A stretch of 63,663 nt of DNA, counting the filler, from Hyphochytrium catenoides (lineage: Eukaryota; Protista; Hyphochytriomycota): assembly GCA_900088475.1 (NCBI GenBank). It is 6 parts of 6 records of this genome, joined end to end, with 100 filler letters (N's around TTAATTAATTAA, not from the genome) between each part and the next. Parts side by side here need not be neighbours in the genome. Positions count along the whole stretch, not along the records: positions 27,209 to 45,888 come from FLMG01000724.1; positions 45,989 to 54,676 come from FLMG01000735.1; 4 more parts are not named here. One strand, given 5' to 3'. The position numbers and the translations under genes were made by a program. The notes below the pieces were generated by a model that was not told the origin of the DNA, searched no databases, and was given only the letters and a program-made list of their open reading frames with translations. This document shows, piece by piece, positions 37,504-48,858 of this stretch; position 1 is the stretch's first letter; each line of letters opens with the position of its first letter.

Positions 37504-38757
37504 CTATAGGCCGCTCTCGGTGGCAGAAAGTTGTTGGCCCTTCGATGCTGGGGCGCTGTGCTGGCGGACAGTGCCAAGGGTGACCTCCTTAGGGATTGTG
37601 GTTCCATTCTCATGCAGAGTCACCGTCTTATTGCAGTCCAGAGCCACTCCTTTCAAGCCTTGAACAAGGGCTTTGTAGGCGTAACCATCGGGCAGCCAGT
37701 GCTCTATCCTTCCCTGCGGCTCCTCAGGGTTGAAGTAGGTGTATTGGGGCTTTCCTTTCTTATTGTTCCAGACAACTATGAGCACTGGCCCTCGAGGCTT
37801 ATAGGAGAAGTCGAACTCGCCAGAGTAGCGGTTAGCCCAGATAAAGCATTCGAGACGCGTGTCAGAGTGGGGAGGAAGGTTCGTGGTGACGGCAGTGGTC
37901 CACTGCGTGGATAGTACGGTCTGTTTGCTAGTGCTCCGCGAGAGACTTCCTTCCATGCTAACGCCGGCCTCCAATGAGACACCAGGTAAAGTGAACTCTG
38001 CCTGGAAGTTTGTCCCCATTGTGTACCCAGATGTGATCTGCACGGTGAGCTGCGTCTCCTCTCTCTGGCTGTACGTAAAGGTGCTTGAGTCTAAGACGCC
38101 GCCAAAGTTGCTGAATCTCTGGCCCGCAGCTAAGATTGGCACTTCGCCTTCTTTATCTAAAGCACCTCCAAACCTCGCGGTTGCTCTCCTGAAGCCTGCC
38201 TTGACGCAGTTAGGATCCTGCTGACAGCGTCTGATAGACTCCACGTCTCGCCATTCAAACTTTGCTGGGCAGTCTAGGCAGGGAAAGCCGATAATCTCTA
38301 GATTTCCCTCGCAGAAGACGCGAGCATTGTCACTCTCATACTGACCTTTGAGCGCAGCGCACTCATTCCCTCTCTTCTCTTGAACAATCCTGAAGAGATC
38401 CTCCTTAACTCTCAACCACTCTTCTGGTCGTTCTTCCTCTTGTGCTCCCTGCTCTTCCTCAGTTGAATGCAAAGAACGACTCCTCTGTCGATGCTGCCTC
38501 TCTCTGACTTCTACGTCTCCTGCGCTCAACCAGGTTCCCACTGACGTGCCGTTCTTCACCAACCGCAGACGAGAAGAGCTGCTGGACTTGCCGCCACTGT
38601 TCAGGCAGGAGAAGATAGAAGAAGAGCCGGTATCAGTCGGCTGGGACCTTTCAGAGACTCCCGTTGTCTGATAAGCACTGATATCTGCGGCGGTTAGAGG
38701 TAGAAGGGTAAACCACGCAAGAAGCACACGAAGCTTCGCCGGGACATGAAGTGCCAT
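37504..38757 (-). CDS. Secreted aerolysin/ETX-MTX2-like beta-pore-forming protein, paralog B, intronless
   Basis: Signal peptide (LLAWFTLLPLTAA). It aligns almost without gaps to paralog A over ~270 aa: RVFCEG.LE.IGFPCLDC, GQRFSN, DSSTF, VQIT.G, EGSLS, NLPPHS, WANR, GPVL.VVWN, IEHW.PDGY, DCNKT. Confidence 0.75.
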   Translation of the reverse strand: MALHVPAKLRVLLAWFTLLPLTAADISAYQTTGVSERSQPTDTGSSSIFSCLNSGGKSSSSSRLRLVKNGTSVGTWLSAGDVEVRERQHRQRSRSLHSTEEEQGAQEEERPEEWLRVKEDLFRIVQEKRGNECAALKGQYESDNARVFCEGNLEIIGFPCLDCPAKFEWRDVESIRRCQQDPNCVKAGFRRATARFGGALDKEGEVPILAAGQRFSNFGGVLDSSTFTYSQREETQLTVQITSGYTMGTNFQAEFTLPGVSLEAGVSMEGSLSRSTSKQTVLSTQWTTAVTTNLPPHSDTRLECFIWANRYSGEFDFSYKPRGPVLIVVWNNKKGKPQYTYFNPEEPQGRIEHWLPDGYAYKALVQGLKGVALDCNKTVTLHENGTTIPKEVTLGTVRQHSAPASKGQQLSATESGL

Positions 38758-39174
38758 CGCCAATCTGTACACGGGAAGCTCCGTCGCCGCAAGGAAGAAC
38801 TGAAGATAAGAGTCTATGATGGCCCCGGGAAGATGGCGTACGGACAGAGTTAGGTCATGGGTTTCCTAGGGCACCTGAGTCCCAGGAGTCATTTTAAACT
38901 CTGCCTCAACACACCACGCTGAGGAGAATAGGACGATGATCGGTCCAAGTCGGTCCGTTGCCGTGTTCTTTAGCGGCAAAGTGGTGCCATCAACAAGGAG
39001 CATGACCAGGAACAAAGAGCATATTCGAATGCTGCAGCAGTGTATGTCCGATATTCTAGCAGCTCTTCGAGCAGAGCCGTGGCAAGGACATCCGTCGCAT
39101 AGATGAAGTCTTCAGATAAAGGACAGTGACAATGGATAAACGCCACGTCCCAACACTCTTCTCTCTCTTTCTTT

Positions 39175-39208
<34 letters not shown>

Positions 39209-40297
39209 CTATTTATATCTCTCTCTTGCACTCCCTCTCTCTTCTTCTCCATCACCTCTATTCCCCCTCTCTCTCTTTCCTCTTCCTTCTTGGGACAGGA
39301 GTGATATAAGAAGGCCAAGGCAACTGGATCAGTCTCTTCACTTTAGACGTGACCATTTATGACCGCCTCATGGTTCAACCTTCCCCGGAGCGCCGCAGAA
39401 GAGAGAGCTCAAGGCACTGTCCGAGGACGCTGTTGTTTGACAAAGCAACAGAGCTAGGAACTCTAACAACTATAGGAGAGAGAGGAAGAGGCACAGAAGC
39501 TGTTAGGAAATAAGTTGATTCACTCTTATCCTGACAGTCGTCCTCTGTCGTTGTGCCTTGGCTAGGAAACCTAGGGATCATCACAAGGCTGCGATGTGGA
39601 CTAAGTTATGCAAGCTCCTCTTGGCCAGTAGGGCGCAGCTGCGGACGATCGAACAGAAAGATTATCCCCTAAGACGTCTAAGCTTCACACGATGATCCCT
39701 TGGATTCTTGAGGTCACACTGAGGAGGACGAACGCTGAGGATGCCTTGTGGCCCGTTCTGCTGCCTCCTACTTGCTCCTGCATCTCCTGATGGCGCTCTC
39801 CACTGACAGTCAAAGTCTTCATTCCTTGTGTCCGGCAGCGAAGCGAACCCCTCAGTCAAGCGCTGAGCTGAGGTAGAGTTCTAAAGGCTCAGAGACAGTC
39901 TTGGTCGTTATTTGAGCTTTTGACCCAGTCTAAGCTGGCCAGAGTTTGCTCTAGAGCGGCGCAGAGAGGCGACAACGAGGATAAACTGAAGCATGGACAT
40001 CGCTGAAGGAATCGATAACTTTGACGCTCCGGCTCTTTAGGCTCCAGGCCCCATCATCATTTGGCTCTTCTTCCTCGTTGACAGTTGTACGCAAAGTAAT
40101 CTGTGCGCTCTGTCTTGCATGGTAGACTGATGTCGGGAATAAGATTAGATGGGAAGCAGTCGTTCTACTGAGCGTCGTCCTATGACCTATGAATTCACCT
40201 GCTACAGCGTAAGATCCGTGTCTCTGTCTTCTCTGTCTCTCTCTCTTCCCTGTCTCCCTCTTCTCTCTCTTCTCTCTCTCTCCCTCTTCTCTCTCCT

Positions 40298-40329
<32 letters not shown>

Positions 40330-42128
40330 TTTTGCTCTCTCTCTCTCTTTTTCTCTTATCCCCGTCTCTCTCTCTCATCACATTTCCTATTATAGAACTC
40401 TTCCCCCTTCCACTCGCCGGTACAGAGTAGTTGAGCAGCATTTATGCCAAAAAACTCTTACTCTTTTCTCTCATTCGTGGCTAAACGTGTTTCCCCGTTG
40501 AAGATCCCTTGTCCTGCTGATGTATGGCTTCCCTGCTACTGTCCTTATCTACCTTCCCACATCGACTGTCTCGCTGTCGAAGTCAACCTCGTGGATCATC
40601 GAACATTGCGGGGCTATCTCTTAGGTTTCTTTTTAACTAAGAAGCCCTATCCTTGTTGGCACTCTGTCTCTCCTGACCGTCGTCGTCTGAAACAAGGTAG
40701 GAGGAGACTGGCGTCGCAGTCGCGATGTATTGCGTATCTCGCCACACTCTGTCTCTCAATATAGATATCCCTACTCTCTGCATAGGCTATCTAGGGGCGC
40801 TCTGTCTTCCAAAGCAGAGTGCGGTCGTTTCTCTGATACAAAGACAGCGGTACTGGTTCTGCCTACTACCGTTTTGTCTAACTTAATGTTTGAAGAAGGC
40901 CTGTTCTCCTCCTTTTGCTCTTCCCTGTGTGCCTCTAGACTCTAGACGTCGAGGAACACTGATGACTGAGCTCAGAGGCCAGTGCTGAGATTTCGCTGAA
41001 GATCTTGAAAGGTTAGAGGCATAGACTATCCCTGTAGAACGAACTGCTGCTCTTGCTCTTGCTCTTATCCCAATCCTTCTCAATCTTCATCGTCTCTCTC
41101 GCTGTCTCTTGCTCTCTCAGGCTTATCTCTCTCTCTCCCTCCCCTCTGACCTTAATAATGCTTAGCCGCTGAGTAATATCCGGCCTTCTCTCGTGCAACG
41201 TAAAATGCACAATGCTGGACAGTGCGTGATGCCGTTAGTAGCCTCGGCCCGAATGCAAAAGCAAGTTGCCTCCTCATGCCAGACTCTTTCGTAAGGAGGA
41301 AAGTTAGGTGAGGCGAGAACAAAGGACGATATTGAGTCAACAGCCCCTTGCTATCTGTGTAGAGGTATAAAGGACAACAGCTCACCGCACCAAATCTTCA
41401 TGAGTTAAATGAGCAGGACAAGTAGACAGATGAGAAAACGGAGACACCGAGTCTTTTCTGTTCGAGAGACACACGGTCCTGTCCCTGATGAGGGAGAAGA
41501 GGAAGGAGACACTGAGAATGCAGACCCTAAAGCCAGCTGTGCATCAACCTCGATCTTCTGCCTGAAAGAAGCCACCAAGAAGTGATCTGGGAGCATCTAC
41601 ACGGCTATCGACGGCTATCAATAAAGTTTGCAAAGCTGCAGCTTCCCTTGAGGCTCGTCATGTCATGAATAACGCTCAGCAGATGGCTGGGGACGCTCCA
41701 ACTGCTATGGGATACCTTTAAGACTCATCTCTCTTCTTTCTGTCTGAATCCAACGGACCTTTGAGCTCATTATCTAACGCCATCAGAGGATGAAAGGCAT
41801 CTCAGTACCTCTGAAAGGCACAAAGACTCTTGGTCAAATTATACATTGATAGGTATAACGCCTTTTAACTAGGAGAGAAGAAGAAGGACAATGACGAGAG
41901 ATGGGAACGAGGGAGAACGCCTAGGACATCACTGGCACAGGTAGATGGACACTGAACAGCAGAACACCGACAAGACACGTAAGAGAGCAACGCGAGAAGC
42001 AGGCCAACAAGAAAGACGATAACCCTAAGGAGAGAGAGAGACGGAGAAAAAGGGAGATGCTTTCTTCTCCTTCTCCCCTTCTGCTATATCCTCTATCTTT
42101 CGCCCATCTCCTATGCAACTCCCGAGCT

Positions 42129-43439
42129 CTATAGCTCAATGTGATACTCCTCTGACTGTGAGTGGCGCCTAGGGCTGTCCACATCGACTATTCCCTCCAT
42201 ATAGTCTTCTCCTTCTTCTTCTCCTTCCACCTGCTCCGCGGCCGCACTCTTCTTCCGCTCATGAGCAGGAGAGACGCTTCCTCTCTCATCCTCTTCGATC
42301 TCTATTATGTCATCTCTCGAGGAGGTCCGAGCTTTCTGTCGCTGTTGGTTGGAGCGAAGAATTTGAATCTTCCTCTCCAGTGTCATCATCTCTCCTTCTC
42401 CTATTGCTCCTCCTCCCCGCTGCTGCTGCTGAGTCAGCTGTGGGAGAGAAGAGTATTGAGCTTGAAAAGGCCCGGCAGGAGACGGCTGAAGGCTCCTATT
42501 CGCTTCCGCCCATCTATGATAGTCAGTCGTCTGATACTCTGAGCTTTGATACTCCGTAGAATAGCCAGGAGCTCCCTTCCACTGGCCAGTCCCGGCCACC
42601 TCTGGCCCTTCCATTAGCAGCTCAGGATCGTCCAAGTTCTGTCTCTTGTCCTCTTGTTCTTGCCTTCTCTTTCTCTTCACATAGAGACCACCTGCCGTGC
42701 CAAGCAGCACAACGCCAAGAACGATGGAGGCAGATAGTATGGCGATGCCCATAGGGCTATCCAGCGCTAAGCCCTCGCCATTCTTGGCTGCAGCGCTGTC
42801 TTCATCTTCCCCGCCTGAACCTGCAGAACGAGTAGGAGCAGCGGAAGTACTCGTGTCTCTGCTCCCGATAGGAGGTGACGTTGGAGTGCTAGGACTTGTG
42901 GCCGAGGTAGGAGAACGCGTGGGAAGTGGAGAGGAGGATGAGGAAGGAGTGGAAGAAGAAGGAGAAGACGAGGATGTGGGCGTGTCTGCTCCTCCTCCTC
43001 CAGTGCAGTCAACAGCCTCAGTCCCAGGCCCAAAGAGATCATTGCAAGTGCCTTGTAGATTGTAAGCATAGCAACCCACGGACGCAGTCGTGGGCGGCCC
43101 AAAGCCAGGCTTGGTCTTGACTCTGCAAGGAGGGCAATCCGCTCGTCCTGCCGGGCAGATCACGGCTCCCACCATCTCACAGTCCACGCTACAGATAGAA
43201 GAAGAAGAAGAGCTAGACGTCGATGATGCTAGAGACCTTCGAAGAAGAGAAGAAGGACTTTGAGGAGGAGAAGAGAAGGACTTGGCGGAGGAAGATAAGC
43301 TCCCAGCCGCGGGGACTAGAGGCAAGTGACATGAGGAGAAGAGGAGGAAGCAGAAGTAAAGAGAGAGATGACCAAAGAGTATAGACTGTCTTCGCTCCGG
43401 CCAAGTATGAAGGAAAGGGAAAGAGTCAATGCGAGCCAT
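42129..43439 (-). CDS. Single-pass type I membrane protein: small Cys-rich ectodomain, Ser/Thr/Pro stalk, TM helix, cytoplasmic tail
   Basis: 436-aa intronless ORF with an N-terminal hydrophobic signal, the Cys pattern CSVDC...CPAGRADCPPC...GC...C...C, a mucin-like stalk, the TM segment IAILSASIVLGVVLLGTAGGLYV, and a KRKRR stop-transfer. Confidence 0.8.
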   Translation of the reverse strand: MARIDSFPFLHTWPERRQSILFGHLSLYFCFLLFSSCHLPLVPAAGSLSSSAKSFSSPPQSPSSLLRRSLASSTSSSSSSSICSVDCEMVGAVICPAGRADCPPCRVKTKPGFGPPTTASVGCYAYNLQGTCNDLFGPGTEAVDCTGGGGADTPTSSSSPSSSTPSSSSSPLPTRSPTSATSPSTPTSPPIGSRDTSTSAAPTRSAGSGGEDEDSAAAKNGEGLALDSPMGIAILSASIVLGVVLLGTAGGLYVKRKRRQEQEDKRQNLDDPELLMEGPEVAGTGQWKGAPGYSTEYQSSEYQTTDYHRWAEANRSLQPSPAGPFQAQYSSLPQLTQQQQRGGGAIGEGEMMTLERKIQILRSNQQRQKARTSSRDDIIEIEEDERGSVSPAHERKKSAAAEQVEGEEEGEDYMEGIVDVDSPRRHSQSEEYHIEL

Positions 43440-44111
43440 TTCGAGAGAAGTCTTCCTTGTTGCCCTCAGATTACTGCGGCAGAAGAGAGAGAGATGTCCT
43501 CACTCTTTGTATTTGGCAAAACGAGAGAAGAAGACGAGCCCACCAGCAGCAGGGAGAGAAGAAGAAAGATGATCCACTAGCTCAACGTTGGCTGCTGCTA
43601 TCTCTTCCGTGTTAGAGCAGCGATGTAGAGACAGAGAAAGGGAGATAACCGGTGCGTCAGAAGAGGAAGAGACAGAAAGGCACCAAGCAGCGCCGATTTT
43701 CACTTGTTTTCTTCTCTCAGAGAATACCTCCTTTTGTCTCTCTCTTTTCTCTCTCCTTTTGTCTCTCTCTTTTGTCTCTCTCTTTTTCTCTCTTCTTCTG
43801 TCTCCTCCTTCTGGATCAACCTAGAACTAAAAATGTCTCTCTTCCTCTTGCTTCGTTGCCTTCTTTAAACGCCCAGCGCTGTGGTTCTACGCAGGGCGCC
43901 GACGAAGAAGGAAGATAGAAGACTGATGACAGGCGAGGGAGGAGGACTCTCGCGAACAGACGACGACGAGGAAGGAGCAGATTGAGGAGAAGGGAGTGGA
44001 GAGACAGAGACAAAGAAGAAGAGAGTGGAACTTAATAGCCAAGGGTGCGGTCTAGAGGAGAGGAGAGAAGAGAGAGGGCGAGAGAGCAAGAGAAGTGCTG
44101 TCTATGGAATC

Positions 44112-44179
<68 letters not shown>

Positions 44180-44185
<6 letters not shown>

Positions 44186-44601
44186 GCTGTGGCGCTGGCC
44201 AGCAGGAGGCGGGCAGGGCGGCCGAAGGTGGGGCATCACCGCCCCAGAGGAACGATCTATTTTCTGTCCTAATTACCAATAAGAATCCTATTATCCAGTA
44301 TAGACGGACAGTAAATGCCTTCTATCCTGTATCCGACCGGGACCCCTGTCTGTTGAGACTGTGGGGCCAAAGCTACGAAGATTTTGTGCTGATGAAGAAA
44401 CTGCCCCATGAGACGGAATGCTATCAGGTAGAGGCTTGCAGGATATGGATCACTAATGAAACGCAGCGGCTAATCTTTGGGAGGATTGGACATCATCGCC
44501 AGTCCGACCGTCAGCCTTTCTCCTTGCTCCAGGCGCTTCAGTGCCTCCCCGTCCTGGACAGAGAGAGAGAGAGAGAGCGAGAGAGGGAGAATAATGATGG
44601 G

Positions 44602-44633
<32 letters not shown>

Positions 44634-45490
44634 ATGACGGAGAGAGAGAGAGAGAGGAGAGAGAGAGGAAGAGAGAAAGAGGAGAGAGAGAACAAGAGAG
44701 AGACACAGAATGAGTACAGTGACAGTAATGGTAGCACAGGGAACGACGTAGGGAGAGCAGAGAGGAGAGTGGACGCAGGGAGGAGGAGAGAGGGAGAAGA
44801 GGGAGAGAAGAGCAGGGGGAGAGAGAGAGAGAGAGAGAGAGAAGAGAAGGGACAGTGCGGGGCACTTATTAAGGCCGTGGGAGGAGATTGGAGAAAGAGC
44901 CGAAGGCTGGTGATGCGGAAGATAAGACGGACTTGAACGGCGGGCAGAGATTGTGGGGAGAGAGGGAGAGAGAGACATTGCGATGATCAAATAGAAGCAG
45001 CTTGCAGTCAGAAGAGAGACAGAAGGTAGAACTACAAATAAAACAACAGGAAGAGCGCGTCATAACAAGAAAGAGAAAGGAGGGGGAACGAAGAGAGAGA
45101 GAGAGAGAGAGAGAGAAAAGAAGAACAGAGGGTGTGTCTGACGATCGCGGTGCGTGAAACGGTAGGAAGGAGGAAAAGAGGGAAGAGACAGAAAGAGACA
45201 GATCTTTCCGTCAGACTAAGATGAAAGTGAAGGAAACAGAGAGCGGCGACAATAAAGAGATAGACAGAGAAAAAAAAAAGAGAGAGGGGGAGAAAGCGAG
45301 AGAGAGAGGAAAGAGAGAGACAGAGAGAGGCACAGAACAAAAGAACTCTTGAGATTGTGACGAAGAAGAAAGCGTTGATGAAAACTTACAAAGAGGGATT
45401 CTTTCATAAAATAGCTCCTTGGCTACTCTACCATATGTCTCTCTCTCTCTCTCTCTTGTCAGAACAGTCTCTAACTTTTTCAAAGGAACG
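44180..45490 (-). pseudogene. Decayed multi-exon coding sequence of unknown family
   Basis: Exon-like non-repetitive blocks between microsatellite introns. The block after ctgtccag (~44553) reads DGEALKRLEQGERLTVGLAMMSNPPKD*PLRFISDPYPASLYLIAFRLMG... with several in-frame stops. Confidence 0.35.
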
Positions 45491-46349
45491 TGGGCAGACT
45501 TAGAGAGACGGAAAGAGGCTGCCAGAGAGAGAGAGAGAGAGAGAGAGAAAGTGTGTCATGAGGACTATGACGGCAACAAAGGGATAATAGGATGCATTAA
45601 ATCCTACGCCATGCCGCGAAACAACGGAGACAAGCGAGAAGGATGTAAGGGAAGAAGAGAGCCTTGAAGAGAGAGAGAAAGAGAGAGAGAGGCTTAGGAG
45701 AGAAGCACCACCAGATGATCCTTAACTGAAAAACTGACAAATGAGAACAGACGAGAGAGGAAGAGACACCACGAACGTTCATAATAGGAAGGTAGTATCA
45801 GTGAACGAACGGTTATTCATCCATACATTGCTCTGTCCTTCTCTCCCGTCTTGCGCTCCTTCTGTCGCATTCTCTCTCTCTCTCTCTCNNNNNNNNNNNN
45901 NNNNNNNNNNNNNNNNNNNNNNNNNNNNNNNNTTAATTAATTAANNNNNNNNNNNNNNNNNNNNNNNNNNNNNNNNNNNNNNNNNNNNCCATAATAATAT
46001 GAACTATGAACTCTCTCTCCCTCTCTCTCACCTCTCGCTTGCTGGTCTGTCTCTCTCGGGCTCTTTTGCTTTCTCTCTCTATCTCTCTCACTCAGGTACC
46101 TGTCCATGCCGCGGCCCGAGCTATCTTCTCTCGTTCTCTTTCTCTTCGTCTCTCATTATCTCTCCTCCCCGCTACGTAGCAACCTTTTCTGTTTGGAGAA
46201 TGCAGGGTTGAGGCTACGTTGCTATAAGCTTCAGGCTATATAAGGGTTATAATATAGGAGAAAGGAGAATCTTCTTCGATACAAGCAGAGGCTATGCCTG
46301 TCATTTCTCACTCGCTATCTCTCTTGATCTCTCTCGGCACCCATTTCTC

Positions 46350-46395
<46 letters not shown>

Positions 46396-46451
46396 TTCCT
46401 CTTTAATTGTGTTATGCCTCTGCTCTGATTTTGTTCTCTTTTCTTAGAAGC

Positions 46452-48194
46452 TCACTCTGCAAGCACTGCGATTCTGGGGTCTCTTGCGAGCGCTGCCTCC
46501 AGGTCCGCATATTTCTTCAGGGCAGTCTCTTCATGACGCGAGAGTCTCTGTTCCAAAATCTGACAAGCCCAGATGTACGAGAGAGAGAAGAGGGACAGAG
46601 AGAAGGAAAAGAGAAAGAAACATAAATGCAAGAGAGACAGACAAAAGGGCGTTAGCAACCAATTGATATGAGGGAGCTGTCCACCCATATCCCGGAGGAG
46701 AAAACTTAGAACCAAATAGATAGAGCAGGCTCGAAGACAGAGAGAGCGCTCCTTTGTGGTATGTTTATCTTCTTCTTTACTTCCTCTTTAGTCTCTCTCC
46801 CCCGAAAGGAAAGAATATTGCTCTCCCTTTGCCGTCTTTGTCTCTCCTATCTCTTTTCCTGCTTTTCCTGCTCTCTCTTTCCCTTCCTCTCCCTCCGTTT
46901 GAGCACAAGGGCAATCTCTCTTCCTCTATCCTCCCCCTTCCCTCTCTCTTCTGTTCTCTTCCTCTCTCTTTTGTTTCTTTCTTTTACTCTCCCTCTCCGT
47001 CTTTCTCTCATGACCTCTCTCCCATTTTCTTCGCTCATTGCCCGATCTCTCCTCTCACCTGGATCCTGAACATCGCCTCCGAGCAGAAGCGCTCAAATTC
47101 TTCATCTCCTCCGCTCTCCGCGCTTCTCTGACCTCTCTGGAACGCCGCTTGCTTCTTTGCCAGAAGCGCATTCTCTTCATCGAGTCTCGCCTGTATAATG
47201 TTAGCTCTTTCGACTAATCGCTCTTTTAGCGCGCGAAGACAGGAGTCTTGGGCCTTTTGTGCCTCTTCCAGGGAGAGAGGAGGCGCATGGGGGAGGAAAG
47301 GAGTAAGGTAGTCCACGATGCGTGGATCCCTCTGCGTTTATTAGGGTGAGAGGGAGAGAGAAAAGGAGTGAGAGTGAGAGAGAGAGAGAGAGAGAGAGGG
47401 TGGTGGAGAGAGAGAAAGAGAAGGAGGGGAGACAGAGAGAATGTTTTGGATGAGAGAGTGCGAAAGCAGACCTTCGGATCAGAGCAAGAAAGTTTGTAAG
47501 GAAAGTAATACTCGTCATAGAAGACAGGGCAAAAGATGGAGAGAGAGAAAGAGAGAGAGAAAAGAGAAAGGTGAAGACTAGGAAAGAGAGAGAAAGGAAG
47601 GTGGGACTGAGAAGATTAATCTGAACATAGGAAATTACTGCGGAAAGCATGGAGACGAGGATGAAGAACGATACCAGATAAAGCAAGGAGGACATAGGAG
47701 AGAGAGACGAGACAAAGTGACAACCCCAGAGAAACTGAGACGCGTGCGTGAAGAGACAGAAAGTGAAAGAGATGACAAAGAGGAATGTAGCAACAAGCAG
47801 GAAGGGGAAGGAAGGTAGCTGAGGGAGAAATGTCTGTCTCGCCGCTGACCTCCATCTGCTGCACTTCTCTCTCTAGATTCTCGCCATTGTCTTCAGCCTT
47901 CTGATGATGTTCATCCCACACCTGCACAGAAAACAGAGGACGGAAGGCGTTAGGAAGGAGAATTTATTGGTGACTTAGGCGAGTGAAAAAGAGAGAGAGA
48001 GAGGGAAGCAAAGCGAGAGAGAAAAAGAGAGAGAGGGAGGGGGAACGAGAGAAAGGGAGTGAAAGACAAGACAAATGGCAAAGAGAAAGCCCCAGTAGTA
48101 AGTGCTTAAGGGAACCTTCAAGACATAGACCTTGCATCGAAAGAGGAGAGGGAGGCTATCAAGCGAGAATGACGAGACGGCCAGAAAGAAGCCT

Positions 48195-48229
<35 letters not shown>

Positions 48230-48818
48230 GAGAGAGAGAACATGACCTCTCTTTCGAGAACAATTGCGTCCTCTTCTCTCATTCTGAAGTTCATCAGCTC
48301 TTGCATCTCAGCCTCCATCAGACGGCAGGACTGGTAACAACCACGCTCAGCCTGCAGGAGAGAGCCACAAAGAGAAAAAGAATAGGACTTGAGACAACTC
48401 GAGGGAAACCGCGAAACAAAGAGAATGAGGTCACAGTCTTTCTCTCTCTCTCTCTCTCTGTGTCTCTCCTCCTTTACTCTTCCAGGCATTCGTACCTCTA
48501 GACTCTCGACAAAATCTTTTTGCAGCACACTCTCCTTCGGTGGTACGCTGTAACTATCAGCCATACGCACTTGCGGTGGCCTCTGCCAAAGAAGGCAACA
48601 GAAAAAGAAGCGCAAAGCAAAAGAGAGATGATAAAGAGAGACGCGTCGGGATAAAAGAAAGAGTTGGTGAGGGACAGGAAGAGAAAAGGAGAGAAAGGCC
48701 CGGATAGGTTAGCCTCACGAAAGGGTCCTCAACTTCATTGTCAAACATAAAGAGGGAAGCCATACCTGGCAAAATGGAGAAGCTGTCTCTCTCTCTCTCC
48801 CCATGTCTCAATATCCTC

Positions 48819-48858
<40 letters not shown>

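Noticed and set aside
34702-38865. Shared 12-mer tcatgggtttcc upstream of both toxin-like genes
   Set aside because: It lies in opposite orientation relative to each gene and at different distances, and is short enough to be chance.
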